Origin: Chiloscyllium plagiosum
Taxonomy: Eukaryota
Assembly: GCF_004010195.1 (NCBI RefSeq)
Contig: NC_057718.1
Span: forward strand, 103,571,946-103,601,308
Direction: 5' to 3'
Length of the DNA: 29,363 nt
The stretch's first letter is position 1; each line of letters opens with the position of its first letter. A program made the position numbers and the translations under genes. The notes beneath the pieces were generated by a model. The model searched no databases. It was not told the origin of the DNA and was given only the letters and a program-made list of their open reading frames with translations. Shown here one piece after another: positions 11,561 to 22,685 of this stretch.

Positions 11561-12289
11561 GTGAGTGAGTACGGTGTTAATTTACATCTTATTAAAACCT
11601 GTGTTAAAATTAAGCCTGAGAGATTTTTACTCAAAAGTATTGACTTTTTAAAAAGATAATCACACAGAAAGACAGTAACAATAACTATCATGAGTTCAGC
11701 TGGAAGAGCTTGCACCTTCTGGTGCTGAAGGTGGAGGATTTTCAAGCCACACTCCGAGACCTGGGATCTTTGTTTGGATTGAGATGAGTGTGCAGTCCTG
11801 AAGGAATTCTGCATTATCACAGCTGCTGTCTTCCAGACAAGACATCCAGCCAATTCCCAGCTCAACCATTCCATTATTCCAGGTGACGTTAAAGATTCCA
11901 TCACCTCCTTACCCTCCCCCATGAGGCAGACCACAGTCATTGCAGCCGAGGACTGACTCCAGGCAGAAAACAGAAAAAGAAAACTGTGAGCAAATTGGCT
12001 TCCTCATTTTGTGTCATTCCTTGAACTCGAAGTGCCGCAAAGTCACTTTCGGATTAATTTTTTTTGTCAACAATAAGTTCTCCCAAAATGTGCATAAAGC
12101 AAGATCCATGTCTTAGCTACTTCACACATCAAGATTACAAAGTCCTTACAGTGCAGGAATACGCCATTCACTCCATCTGGTCCATGCTGGTACTTAAGCT
12201 CCACATGAACAGTTTCCCACCCTACTTCGTCTAATGCCATCAACATTTTGTTCAAATACTTTTCCCACCTTGTACTCATCCTCCCCTAC

Positions 12290-12385
12290 CATTCCTAATG
12301 AAAGGACCTGCCCAAAACATCAACTCTCCTGCTCCCTGGATGCTGCCTGACCTGATGTGCTTTTCCAGTGTCACACTGTATCGAC
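12290..12385 (+). mobile_element. Short Penelope-terminal-repeat-like element, decayed hammerhead core, 9-bp flanking duplication
   Basis: attcctaatgaaagg..gcccaaaacatcaactctcctgctcc..ggatgctgcctgacctg aligns to 12989-13083 with CpG decay. CTCCCCTAC occurs at 12281-12289 and 12385-12393. Confidence 0.8.
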
Positions 12386-12434
12386 TCCCCTACTTGTAGC
12401 CATCTAGCTTCCCCATAAATGCAGCCACACTGTC

Positions 12435-12648
12435 CAGTATTCCATCATTCCTAAATCAGCTTTGCCCGAGCCCAAGAGCCATTAACTGAACGGTGATGAT
12501 CCTTGTCTTAATTTTACTTTTTAAGAAATTATTATATATGACTTCTGACATTGATGTAGGCACCATAGTGGGGTGACTTACAAAACTTTTCACTGAATTT
12601 TTCATGTAAAAGTAGAAGCAACAATAAATTTCTATTGTATTCTATTCT
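12435..12648 (+). mobile_element. Possible 3' end of another non-LTR element (Rex1-like) with AATAAA and (ATTCT)n tail
   Basis: caaaacttttcactg..caataaa followed by ttctattgtattctattct. It interrupts the CR1 relic. The family assignment is tentative. Confidence 0.4.
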
Positions 12649-12991
12649 ATGTGATACAGAGTTTCACATTCATTCATCGTTGGGAATGAAAGCTTCTCTC
12701 TTGAATTCCCTTGCGGATTTATTTTTGTTATTTAGCGTGGATTCATCAGTGGCTATCAATATAATCGTGGGCTCTAAACTTGGTCTTTCCACAAGTGGAG
12801 TGGAGACATCTCCTCTATATCTATCCCATCAAACCCCTTTCCTAAAGTTGACAACCTTGTTTTGGTCATCCTTGAATCACCTCTCAGTTCCAGTATATCT
12901 TTATTGCACCCACTTCAGGAACTCCATATCCTTTCTAAAACACATAGTCCAGAACTGGTCACAGTACTCCAAGCGAGGCATATTAAACTTC

Positions 12992-13119
12992 CTGATGAAG
13001 CGCTTATGCCCGAAACGTCGATTCTCCTGCTCCTCGGATGCTGCCTGACCTGCTGTGCTTTTCCAGTACCACACTCTCGACTCTGATCTGTAACATTTGC
13101 AGGCGTCACTTTCTCCTAG
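12992..13119 (+). mobile_element. Short Penelope-terminal-repeat-like element with intact hammerhead core boxes and a 10-bp target-site duplication
   Basis: CTGATGA-A-GCGC-TTAT-GCCC-GAAAC-GTC at 12992-13019. ATTAAACTTC occurs at 12982-12991 and 13120-13129. It interrupts CR1 ORF2. Confidence 0.85.
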
Positions 13120-13807
13120 ATTAAACTTCTGTGTAAATTCAACCTGATTTCTCTGGTTCTCAATTCCAACCCGGTGTCCCATTTGCTTTTTCATGTTTTC
13201 TGTTCTGCCTATGTTACTAATTTCAAATACCTTAGATCCCTCGGCTTCTCAGCCACACTACACAGCTAATTTCCAAGGATTATGTGACCACCGCCTGCTT
13301 CCCATGTCAGAATGTGCCACGACATACTTCTGCGTATACTGAAAGTAATCTATTTCTAATAAACCCATTCTGCACATTTATTGATGTCCCCCTGTTTTTG
13401 TTATAGTCCACCTCTGTACTAAGTACACCCTGAGATATTGTGTCATCTGCATATACTCTGTTGTAGGTCAAATAAAATCAGAGGGTTTAGAATATGGATT
13501 AAGTGGGACCACTTAAAAGACAAAAACTTTGGGAGTCTGAAGGAATTGGAAGAAAAGAGAGTGGAGATTGAAGTGGATGGCATAGCTCTGGAATGAGGAG
13601 ATAGATTTTCTCTGTTTAGGGCAGATGATAAGAGAAGAGGGCAGATGTGATGCGGAATTTAAAATGACGGGACAGATAGCCAGATGTAATCTTGAGGCGA
13701 TGAAGGATGTGTTAACAAAGAAGAAAATTCAAGCTTGAAACAAGAGGAAACAATTTGTAAGATGCCACATTCCATCCAATTTTCCAACCATCTCTGAAAC
13801 CCAAGTA

Positions 13808-13955
13808 ACAGAATCACTGCATTGTAGAAGGAGGCCATTCAGCCTACCATGCCTGTACTGGCTCATTAAATGGGCATCATGTCTCGAGCTATTTTCCCCA
13901 TACACTTGCACAAAATAATCATTCAATGCTCTCTTGAATGCCTCAACTGAAACCT
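13808..13955 (-). mobile_element. CR1-type 3' tail fragment
   Basis: acagaatca..gaaggaggccattcagcctaccatgcctgtactggctc..ttgaatgcctcaa. Confidence 0.6.
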
Positions 13956-14117
13956 GGACAATGAGTAAAATTTATGGAAGAAAATTTTTGAAATGGGGAG
14001 GCTCTGAAGTAGACTGAAGACTTCTACGTACAGGTCGCAAGGCAAATGCAAATGCACTTGTGAAAAGAGCTCTTAAAAAGTGACATTTAAAAACTACAAC
14101 TTTCAGTATTTTGGCCA

Positions 14118-14338
14118 CAAGAACATAAAATGCTGGAGAAACTCAGCATTGTAGTCAGAAAGACAGAATTAATGTTTCAAGTCCAGTGGCCATTTATCAG
14201 AACCCTTTCTGATAAAGGGGTCACTGGACTTGAAATATTAACTCTGTTTTTCTCTCTCTGCAGATGCTGCTGAGTTCCTCCAACACTTCCTGTTTTTGTT
14301 CCACATTTCCAGCAGCCACAGTTCTTTGTTTTTACTCT
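14118..14338. mobile_element. Inverted pair of Penelope-terminal-repeat-like sequences with a 13-bp flanking duplication
   Basis: Arms 14163-14202 and 14207-14247 are near-perfect reverse complements around CCCT. The flanks are AGTATTTTGGCCA (14105-14117) and AGTACTTTGGCCA (14339-14351). Confidence 0.8.
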
Positions 14339-14389
14339 AGTACTTTGGCCATTTGATCAGAGGTGAAAAGCTGCAGAGATCTCCCTGAG

Positions 14390-15095
14390 AGGGCAAAGGG
14401 CAGCATATGAGGGCCTGACCCAGGTCTAATGGGATGATGGCTGTTACAGAGCAGTTGTACAAGAGCTCAAGTGAAAATTTGAGCCAGGTGTAGAACAGGT
14501 GAGCAGGATGTCTTATGACAGGAGATTTTACAAGCAGCAGTAACACATTTGTAAATTCCTGAGTCCACGTTTTAAATGGTGAATGACAATGGTCTCAACA
14601 CTGACCCTTGTGGAGCACCACATCCAAACTCTGACTTAATCTGAACAAGTAAGGACAATATAGTTATTCTTATTTCTGTTAGATTAGCAGAGTGCTATAG
14701 TTGCACCAATTCTGCCACAGCAACTGTGGTGTAGGTGCTTTCCCAGGAAATGTTAAGATTGAGATAAGGATGCAAACCAACAGCAGAATCATAGAGGAGG
14801 AAGAGGGAAAGAATCAGGAGAGAGCTTGATTGCAAAGACAGGGATTAAGAAAGTGTTTCAAGAGAATTGGGTACTTAGGAACCCCCCAGGACTAGGACTG
14901 CTCAGCACACCCAGTGTGAGCACTGTAGCTGTTTCTGAGGAAGAATACTGCTGTCAGGTTTGAAAGTGATGGGAACACATTTCATGCACATGGAGCCAAT
15001 AAAAAGGTCATCGAGCTTTGAGGCAAGGACAGGTAGCTGAATGATCAGGAGTTGGCAAGGGAGACAGTCAAGGTCATGGAAATTGGGTCTCACAC
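14390..15095 (-). mobile_element. L2-like LINE ORF2 relic
   Basis: The minus-strand peptide RPNFHDLDCLPCQLLIIQLPVLASKLDDLFIGSM...VPITFK resembles the L2 pre-RT motif (P.SC.LDPIPT.LL...LP.L.P.L..I.N.SL..G.VP..FK). Boundaries are approximate. Confidence 0.55.
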
Positions 15096-18000
15096 AGCAG
15101 ACACAATTACATCTGTCTGAACTGAACTGAACTATATCATGTTATTAACTTAAAACATACATAATATATGCAGCAAATAAAAATTTAAGACCTTACCACC
15201 CAATGACACTGATACCAAAATCAGGTAACATAATAAGTTTGCATGTACCACGCACACTTGGAGCTCCTACTGAAGTTCCATTAACCAAAAGGTAATGTGC
15301 TTTGACTAGAATAATAAATGCAGTTTCATATCACATGACTTGATGAAGGTTTATTATATGAAGCTTAAAATAACACCCACACCCTGTGAATCATCAGCAG
15401 CTAATTCACAAATCTGTCCAATAACCAGAGGCGTATTGCATTTACTGTATATAAACAGATTTGATTCCTGCATTTACACATTGATACATGTCATATTGCA
15501 CAGACCATGCCTATCTGTCATCATTAATTGTTTTCTGCCTATAGATTCTCCAAACCAAATTCCATGATTCTACAAACTGAAGGAGAACAAGATAAAATTT
15601 TGCAAAATGAGATGACTAATTATCTCTATACTTGGAAAGATTCAGAATTTAATGAAAGGAAATATTGTTTTATATATAATACCATTTACGCTAATGGTAG
15701 CTGGTACTGTAATGGTAATGCTGTAGCTGCTACTGGGTTTTAATTGATAAAACAAAATGGGTTCTTTAATAAAGTGTTTTCTAAAATTTCCCTCAATTTA
15801 TATTTTTCTTGCTACATAATTTGCCACACACTATGTCACAGAAATCTTGTAATTTCCCAAGGCCAGGGGATTAGTATAAATCATAATCTCAATGCTACAC
15901 TTAACAAGCTAGTTATGAGCTAACAAAGTGTAAATGCCAAGTCATAATTTTAATAGCTCAGCTCTTTTGTTTTAATTCAAATTAAGGATCAAATTTTCTG
16001 ATTGGGACTCATTAAAATTGGCATGTCACTCTCTTGATCTCTTGTTAGGCCAGACATAAATAAAAATCTGTCTCAAGTTAATTTCATTACTTTTGTAGGT
16101 TGATAAAAAAAAAATCACAGATTATAGGCTTCCCCCTAAAAATATGATGAGTTTATTTTGTGATTAAAATATTTCAGAGCAGCATTTTAAAAGAGCCACT
16201 TTTATGTACCGTCATGAAGCAAGTGGTGTATTAGCTTGTTCTGATAAACTTTAATATTTTTTATACATTCATTTCCCCAAGTCAAAGTAAGTAAAGCCTG
16301 AATTTTTTTTTTAAATTGCAGCTTTGTCATGAATTAGAAGCAAGTGACATATTTTACAACACAGACACCTGTACTTCAGCAAGCAAATTATTACACATTA
16401 TTACCCAGCCAAAATGTTTAAAATGTAAGAATGCCTACAGAAAACAGTTTAAACAAATCGCCATTCACCACTTTATATGGCCAAATACATTGTCATAGCG
16501 AATGCACCAAACTCATTTCAAACAACTGTTCTCTATAAATAAATCCACTCTCCACTTTAACTTCAGTCTGTACAAATAAGGTCTATACAAGTGTGTAGTT
16601 CCTGTTTCCTGGCCAACTTTAATTGTGCAGGAGAATTCACATCTACTACCAACATGGTTAAAAATCAAATTCACTTCATTATGGCAACATCACTCACTCA
16701 TAATCGTTTTAATTTGTGCATTGTTCACTGCTGCTAAACACAAGCTACACTCAAATTCCTGCCAAATAAAAGTAACCCATTGAAATCTAAGAGTTAAAGA
16801 AATAGTACTTAGGAAAATGTTTGTTCACTGCAGGAGAACTCTGTCACCTTGAGGTACACAGTGCAGATAGGGATAACCTATAAACCCTTTGATTAACATC
16901 TTTAACTAGCAAGTGGCTAGTAGGAATGATTCTAATGGAATATAGTTTAGCCATAAAGGTTACTATGATTTTACCCAGTTGCGACGCTGTCAGTTAGAAA
17001 TACTTGAATGACATATTTGTATTTTTGTTATCAAATTAGACAAATTTTGCACAAGTTTTTGGACACAGGCTTGGATTAAAGCAGAATATTAAGAACGGAG
17101 TTTTGGTTTATTGGAAGCAAGCCCTTTTAGACGGAGTGAAAGCTTTATTCTAGGATGGTGTGCTCTCTAGGGCAGATTACTTTCCAAAAGGCAGCCCCAA
17201 GCTATTTTTCTTGTCATATGCTGCTATGTAAGCTTTACATATACAACATAAATTGTTTTCTTTCTTTCTGTTATTTTAATTATCGCCCAGTATTTTCAAC
17301 ATGTACCTGATAATAACCAGATGTGATCAGTGTACCATGAAGCATTGTGCTGTGTGCAACCTTCCACAGTGTGTGACAAAATGTAGAAATGTTGAACAAA
17401 ATTTGGTTTTCTGGACAATGCTTCAGAGAATAAATTCTATAAAGTGTAACATAATACTTTTTAAGGAATTACACTTCAAGCGTTTTGCTATTTTACCTTT
17501 CATTCCGAATTAAAACAATTTATGTTTCATGAGAGAATTTAAAATCTATTTAACTACTGTGCTTTATTCCTTCAATATCATTTCTCTGCTAGAAGAGGTA
17601 GAAGTTAGTAGATCGCTCATTATAGATTTTTGTTTATATTAATAAATGTAGAAGGATTTCATTCCTTTCCCATTTTGACTCATTAAAAGAATGTCTTCTG
17701 GAAATATTTAGTAAAATTTCAGAACCCATGTTTGGTATTTTTAGATTCCAGATAGTTGCAAACTGTATGAGATAAAACAAGAGCTCATGTACAAGACAAC
17801 ATCAGTGATCCAACAGATAACAAATGTACTGAAAGAAAAATGAAACATTAGCTAAAGAGATTGAGATTTTGGATCAATAGCTTTCATTTAGTAAGCTACA
17901 GTTACTGTCAGTTTAAAATGTAAGAAAATCTGAAATGAGAGGAAAAAAAACTCTTTATCCCATATAGACCGTTCCTTTCCATAGACTGCACAAAAAGTGT

Positions 18001-18743
18001 AGCATTGACCATAGACTCTTCTGAACTTGTATAGTATCCCAACAATGAGTAATGACAGGTTGAACTTCCATAGCCCACAATGAAGATACAACAAAAAAAA
18101 TTGTTTTACAATATCATACGTTATATATCATTCAACACAGTGCTGTACACAGAACTGTGAGGCTAGCTACAAGGCAAAATTTACATGTCATTCTTATGTT
18201 ATTTCGTTTACAAATCATGAAAGAAAAATTAAAGATAAAATTATATAAATTTGGGGGAAACAGCATTTATGATGGCATCTGCCAGAATGTTTATTTATTG
18301 TATTTTGCTCCCTGATTAGATTTTAAATTAAATCATAAATTGAATAGTAAAATTAACATAATGTATCTACTTGAAAAAGATTGGTAAAGCAAACTTTTAT
18401 TTGAGATCAGTATATTTATTTGAATTGCTAGTTTTTTTAAATTTAAAAACATTGTTTATCCACCACAAGCTGTCACAAAGTAATAATGCTGGCAAAGATT
18501 ACTAAGAAGTAACTGCAGACTGAGCTTTAACCTATTCAGACAGTACAGACTGAACACATCTGTGGCAGTGACAGCAAAATGCTTGCAATTTAAAACACAG
18601 CCAACTGCAAATAACAGAAAGGCACATTCCACATTGCCTATTAACTATTTCAAAGTGCATACTTCATCTTAAAAATGTTACATTGAAATGTTTCCATTTT
18701 GTTCCCAACACTCAAAGGTTTTAAGTAAATGAGGAAGTATATG

Positions 18744-19600
18744 GACAATCCACCTCCTGAAACCCCCATCACCACAGATACCAGACTTCAGCTAATTCAA
18801 TTCACTCCAAGTCAAGAAATGTCAGCGCACACAACATAGAGCAAAGGTTATGGACCCTGACAACACCCCAATACTGAAGACTTGAGCACCAGAGTCTGAC
18901 CATTTCCCTTTGTCATTCAGTGGTAATACCATAGTGAATCAGCTACTATCAAAATCCTGGATGTTACCATTTAATGTGATACCTAATGAACAAATTACGC
19001 AAATGCTTGTGCCAATGTAAGCAGATCAGAAGCTGGGAAGTCTGCAGTAAGCAACTCACCTCCTGACTCCTCGCAACCTATCTGTTAAAAAGGCACAAAT
19101 CAGTGTGGAATACTATCCAACTACTTGGATGAGTGTAGCTCCAGCAACATTCAAGAAGTTTGATAACATCCATGACAAGGGAAACTGTTTAACTGGCATT
19201 TCATCCATCACCTTAAACATTCACTCACTCCAAAGCTTTAATTGTGTGTCTCATTTGCAAGATGTACCGTAGCAATTCACCAAATCATCCTTGATAGTAC
19301 TTAATAAAAACTCACCATTTCTATCAGCTAGAAGACCAAGTGCAGCAAACACATGGCAACAACGCTGCCTGAAAGATTCCCCAAGCCACACCATCCTGAT
19401 TTGGAAACCTATTGTATTCCTTCTGTCATTGGGTCAAAATCCTTAAAGTCTCTCCCCAACAGCATTGTGGGGGATATCCGCACTCCACAGACCACAGTTG
19501 TTCAAGAGGGCAGCTCACCACCACCTTCGCTAGGGCAATTAGGGATGGGCAATAAATGCTGGCCCATCCAACAAAATCTAAAATCCCATGAATGAATGAA
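18744..19600 (+). mobile_element. L2/Crack-like LINE relic with internal deletion and 3' tail
   Basis: Fragments read MDPDN.. (GPDNIP-like), THLLTP, WMSVAPATFKKFDNIHDK. The 3' end has caataaatgctggccc and (atga)n. The tail is shared with 4930-5031. Confidence 0.7.
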
Positions 19601-21879
19601 ACATGTACATCAACACAGACTGTTACCTGATCACAACAAAGGCCAAGAGTACAAAAGAAAGTCGGCTAAAAATCAAAGTCAATATTGAAATGCGATGAAA
19701 AGAATGTGGGCCAGCCTTACTGTTACAAAGTAACACATATTCAAATACAGAATGACTAGACAAATGTGTTTTGTACCAGACTATATAATAATGGTTAATC
19801 CAATAAATTGGTTATTCACAGCATTGTAAAATTACCAGCTTAAACATTTTTACAAAAAACAAAGCTTCTATTACCAGGAACTGCACCCTCTAATCTTTGT
19901 TCACACCTTCACAAAAACAAAAAGGAAAGTCTCAATTATACCAAGAAACACCTAACCCAGAAATTTCAAACAGAATTTTTTATAACACTGTGCAATTGTA
20001 TCCAAGAACATCATTAAGGAGAGAAAAAAAGTTGCTGAAATATCCTGTATCGAGCGAATGCAATGCCATCAATATGTAAACTAAATTACTATATTCAAAT
20101 TTGTTTTTCCAGCACACAAAACACAAGTTAGGTCCACAACGTGCTTCATTCATAAGCATTTTTATTTTAAACTTATAGCAACCAGCATGAGTTAACCATA
20201 CCACAAATAGACCAATCAAATGATGGAACCACCAGATATAACACCTTTGTGACTTATACACCCAGGTCCAATCACTGTTTAAGTATCACAAGCGAACCAA
20301 CCTCTTCCCTCCTAAAACATATACATGTAACTCGAGCAACAGCTTTAAACAGTCACAAGCCACAATACATCTTGTTCTGTCTAAAAAAATGTGGCAATCC
20401 GTAAATTCAGTTCACTAATGTTTACTATTTAATATGCTATAACACTTTATTAGCTTTCACACCTCAAATAAGTCATCAAACATTACATAAGATTTGGAGC
20501 AAAACTCCAGAACAGCTGAGGAATTAAAGATCAATTTGTAATTAAGAGATTAATAATCCAGTTACAGCCATCTATACAAACTCCAGACATATTCACAGGG
20601 CAAAGAATCTAAAGACAGAGCAACAGATAACAATATTGCAAACAATTGGTGTAACATTTAATCTAATGACAAAACATAGATTTTGATTGTTTGAGCAATG
20701 CACATTAATTGCACAATTAGCCTTGTATCTAAGTAAAAAAGTGGAGACCAAGAGAAAAACAGAAATTTAATTGAGATCTCTGCTCTTCCACCAACTATTA
20801 TAAGCAAAGTTTCTGAGTGAGAGCTTTGACAGCTTTTTTGTAACATTGTGTAATGAAATTATATAAAATAAAAATGAGAGAAAGCAATCAAAAATGCATA
20901 ATAAAGATAACACAGAAAAAAAAACACATCCACTCAGAATACTCTTCTTATTGGAACTATATTTGAACACTTAACACCAGAGCCAAGGACTGTTTGGAAT
21001 TATTTGTTATCAACATGAGATATTTTTATGAGGATTATTTTATGTTTTCCCTTGAAACATACAAGGGCTACTCTAAATTTAGCAATTTCTGATTTTTATT
21101 TTAGTGTGGTAGGAATTAGGCTTGGGGCTTTTACATGAACTCTGGGAACTAAACTTATTCTGCAAGTCCCCAGTGAAACAAATACTCAGTGGATCAAAGC
21201 AGGTGATATGAATCTGCCCTTGAACAGAGACTGGTTGAAGCACTGAAATTAAAGGGAGAGTTTTAGGGTATTTTAGTGCTTAAGATTAATTCTTAAAATT
21301 GCTACTTTTTCTAAAACAAAAGTTCTCAATTGTTGTTTGAAATTATTTATACCACTAAAGTTAGTGACACCTTTAACTCAAAATAAAATTCGTTTCAAAA
21401 GGTAATTGATTTAAATTCTCTTCCTTCCTGAAATTATACCCAGCTTTCCAATATTCCATTATGGAAGACACTTCAGATAGAATCTGTTCTATATTCCCTT
21501 CCCAATATCAAATCGTAAGTTGCAAAATTCCATACACTTTTTAATTTCATGACTATTGCAATCTTTCACCACCCTTTCTATAACATCACAGCCCCAATAT
21601 GCTGCTGTATAAGAGCCCAGAAACTTGTATATAGGCAAGGATAAGGTACAAATACAAATTAGTTGTGCCGCCTGAGTTTTACTCTTGCGCTTAGTACCAT
21701 TGGAGTTGCTGGATTGTATTTCTTTGGAGAATATGCAAATACAATTTGTGAACAAAATCTCAGAGGAATGTTCATAATTAGAACATCTTTTAGCTGGTTA
21801 GCAACTACTTCAAGAGATCCAATGCAGTTATTTTGCGTTAGTTTTCTCAGACGGGAGAAATCTTTCACAGCTTGTTTCA

Positions 21880-22140
21880 CACAAAGCACCGGCTTTTCTA
21901 GGACACCCTCACACCGCGCCACTCCCAGGACACAGGCAGCAAGGTCCGAGAGAGGTCAGTCAGCCTCCAGCAGCGGCGAGCTCCTCGGATGCCAGAGGGA
22001 CGAAGTGGCAGGGCCAGGGCGGCTGCGAGCAGGCAGCTGGACGCGGAAACGGGCCCGGAACCCACTCAGACCAGTCCCGTAGGGAAGGACCGGGGCCAGG
22101 GTGGTGTCAGGATGGGCAGGGTGAAGGCCACGTGACAAGA
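21880..22140. promoter_or_regulatory. GC/CpG-rich island-like segment in intron 6
   Basis: Sharp switch from AT-rich DNA to GC-rich DNA with many CpGs (ccgcgcc, gcggcgagc, gggcggctgcg, gacgcggaaacgggcccgg). Confidence 0.55.
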
Positions 22141-22168
22141 CCAGGGCACTGTCAGAATGGGCAGGATC

Positions 22169-22500
22169 AGGGTCATGTGACAGTGCCAGTCAGTGTAACA
22201 ATGGGCACAGTGAGGGTCATGTGACAGTGCCAGTGTAACAATGGACAGTGAGGGTCATGTGACAGTGCCAGTGTAACAATGGGCACAGTGAGGGTCATAT
22301 GACAGTGCCAATGTAACAATGGGCACAGTGAGGGTCATGTGATAGTGCCAGTGTAACAATGGGCACAGTGAGGGTCATATGACAGTGCCAGTGTAACAAT
22401 GGGCACAGTGAGGGTCATGTGACAGTGCCAGTCAGTGTAACAATGGGCACAGTGAGGGTCATGTGACAGTGCCAGTCAGTGTAACAATGGGCACGGTGAG
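22169..22500. repeat. Minisatellite, 8 units of 38-44 bp (consensus AGGGTCATGTGACAGTGCCAGTGTAACAATGGGCACAGTG)
   Basis: Units start at 22169, 22213, 22251, 22291, 22331, 22371, 22411 and 22455. Units 1, 7 and 8 carry an extra CAGT (44 bp) and unit 2 lacks 2 nt. There are no unique spacers. Confidence 0.97.
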
Positions 22501-22604
22501 ATTGAAGATTCCCACTGAATGAGGTTGGCATGGGCAATCTGTGGGCAAGGCCGGGTGGTGTGCAATGTGAGATGTGTTTCTAGCCGTCTCCACAATTTCC
22601 AAAC

Positions 22605-22685
22605 AGCCAATGAAGAACGGAGCTGGCGGGCAATCACTGACAAACGAGTATAAAACTATCGAGGGCATTTTTCCCGAATATCCCC
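22605..22685 (+). promoter_or_regulatory. Candidate Pol II core promoter antisense to MEIS1 (CCAAT box, GC box, TATA box)
   Basis: AGCCAATGA at 22605-22613, GGCGGG at 22625-22630, TATAAAA at 22649-22655, in canonical order and spacing. Motif evidence only. Confidence 0.35.

Larger units (their letters stand above)
12135..13456 (-). mobile_element. CR1-type LINE relic hosting nested insertions
   Basis: On the minus strand, TAT GCA GAT GAC ACA (YADDT, RT catalytic motif) at 13453-13439 and PRLEYCDQFWTMCFRKDMEFLKWVQ at ~12980-12905. A CR1-like tail lies at ~12135-12200. Confidence 0.75.

Noticed and set aside
16715..16740. ttgttcactgctg resembling the reverse complement of the exon 7 end (SSEQ)
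   Set aside because: The flanks do not encode GGHTSHSGDN and there is no splice donor. Chance match.
22169..22500. CRISPR-like array
   Set aside because: The units are directly adjacent with no unique spacers, there are no cas genes, and the context is a vertebrate intron. It is a minisatellite.
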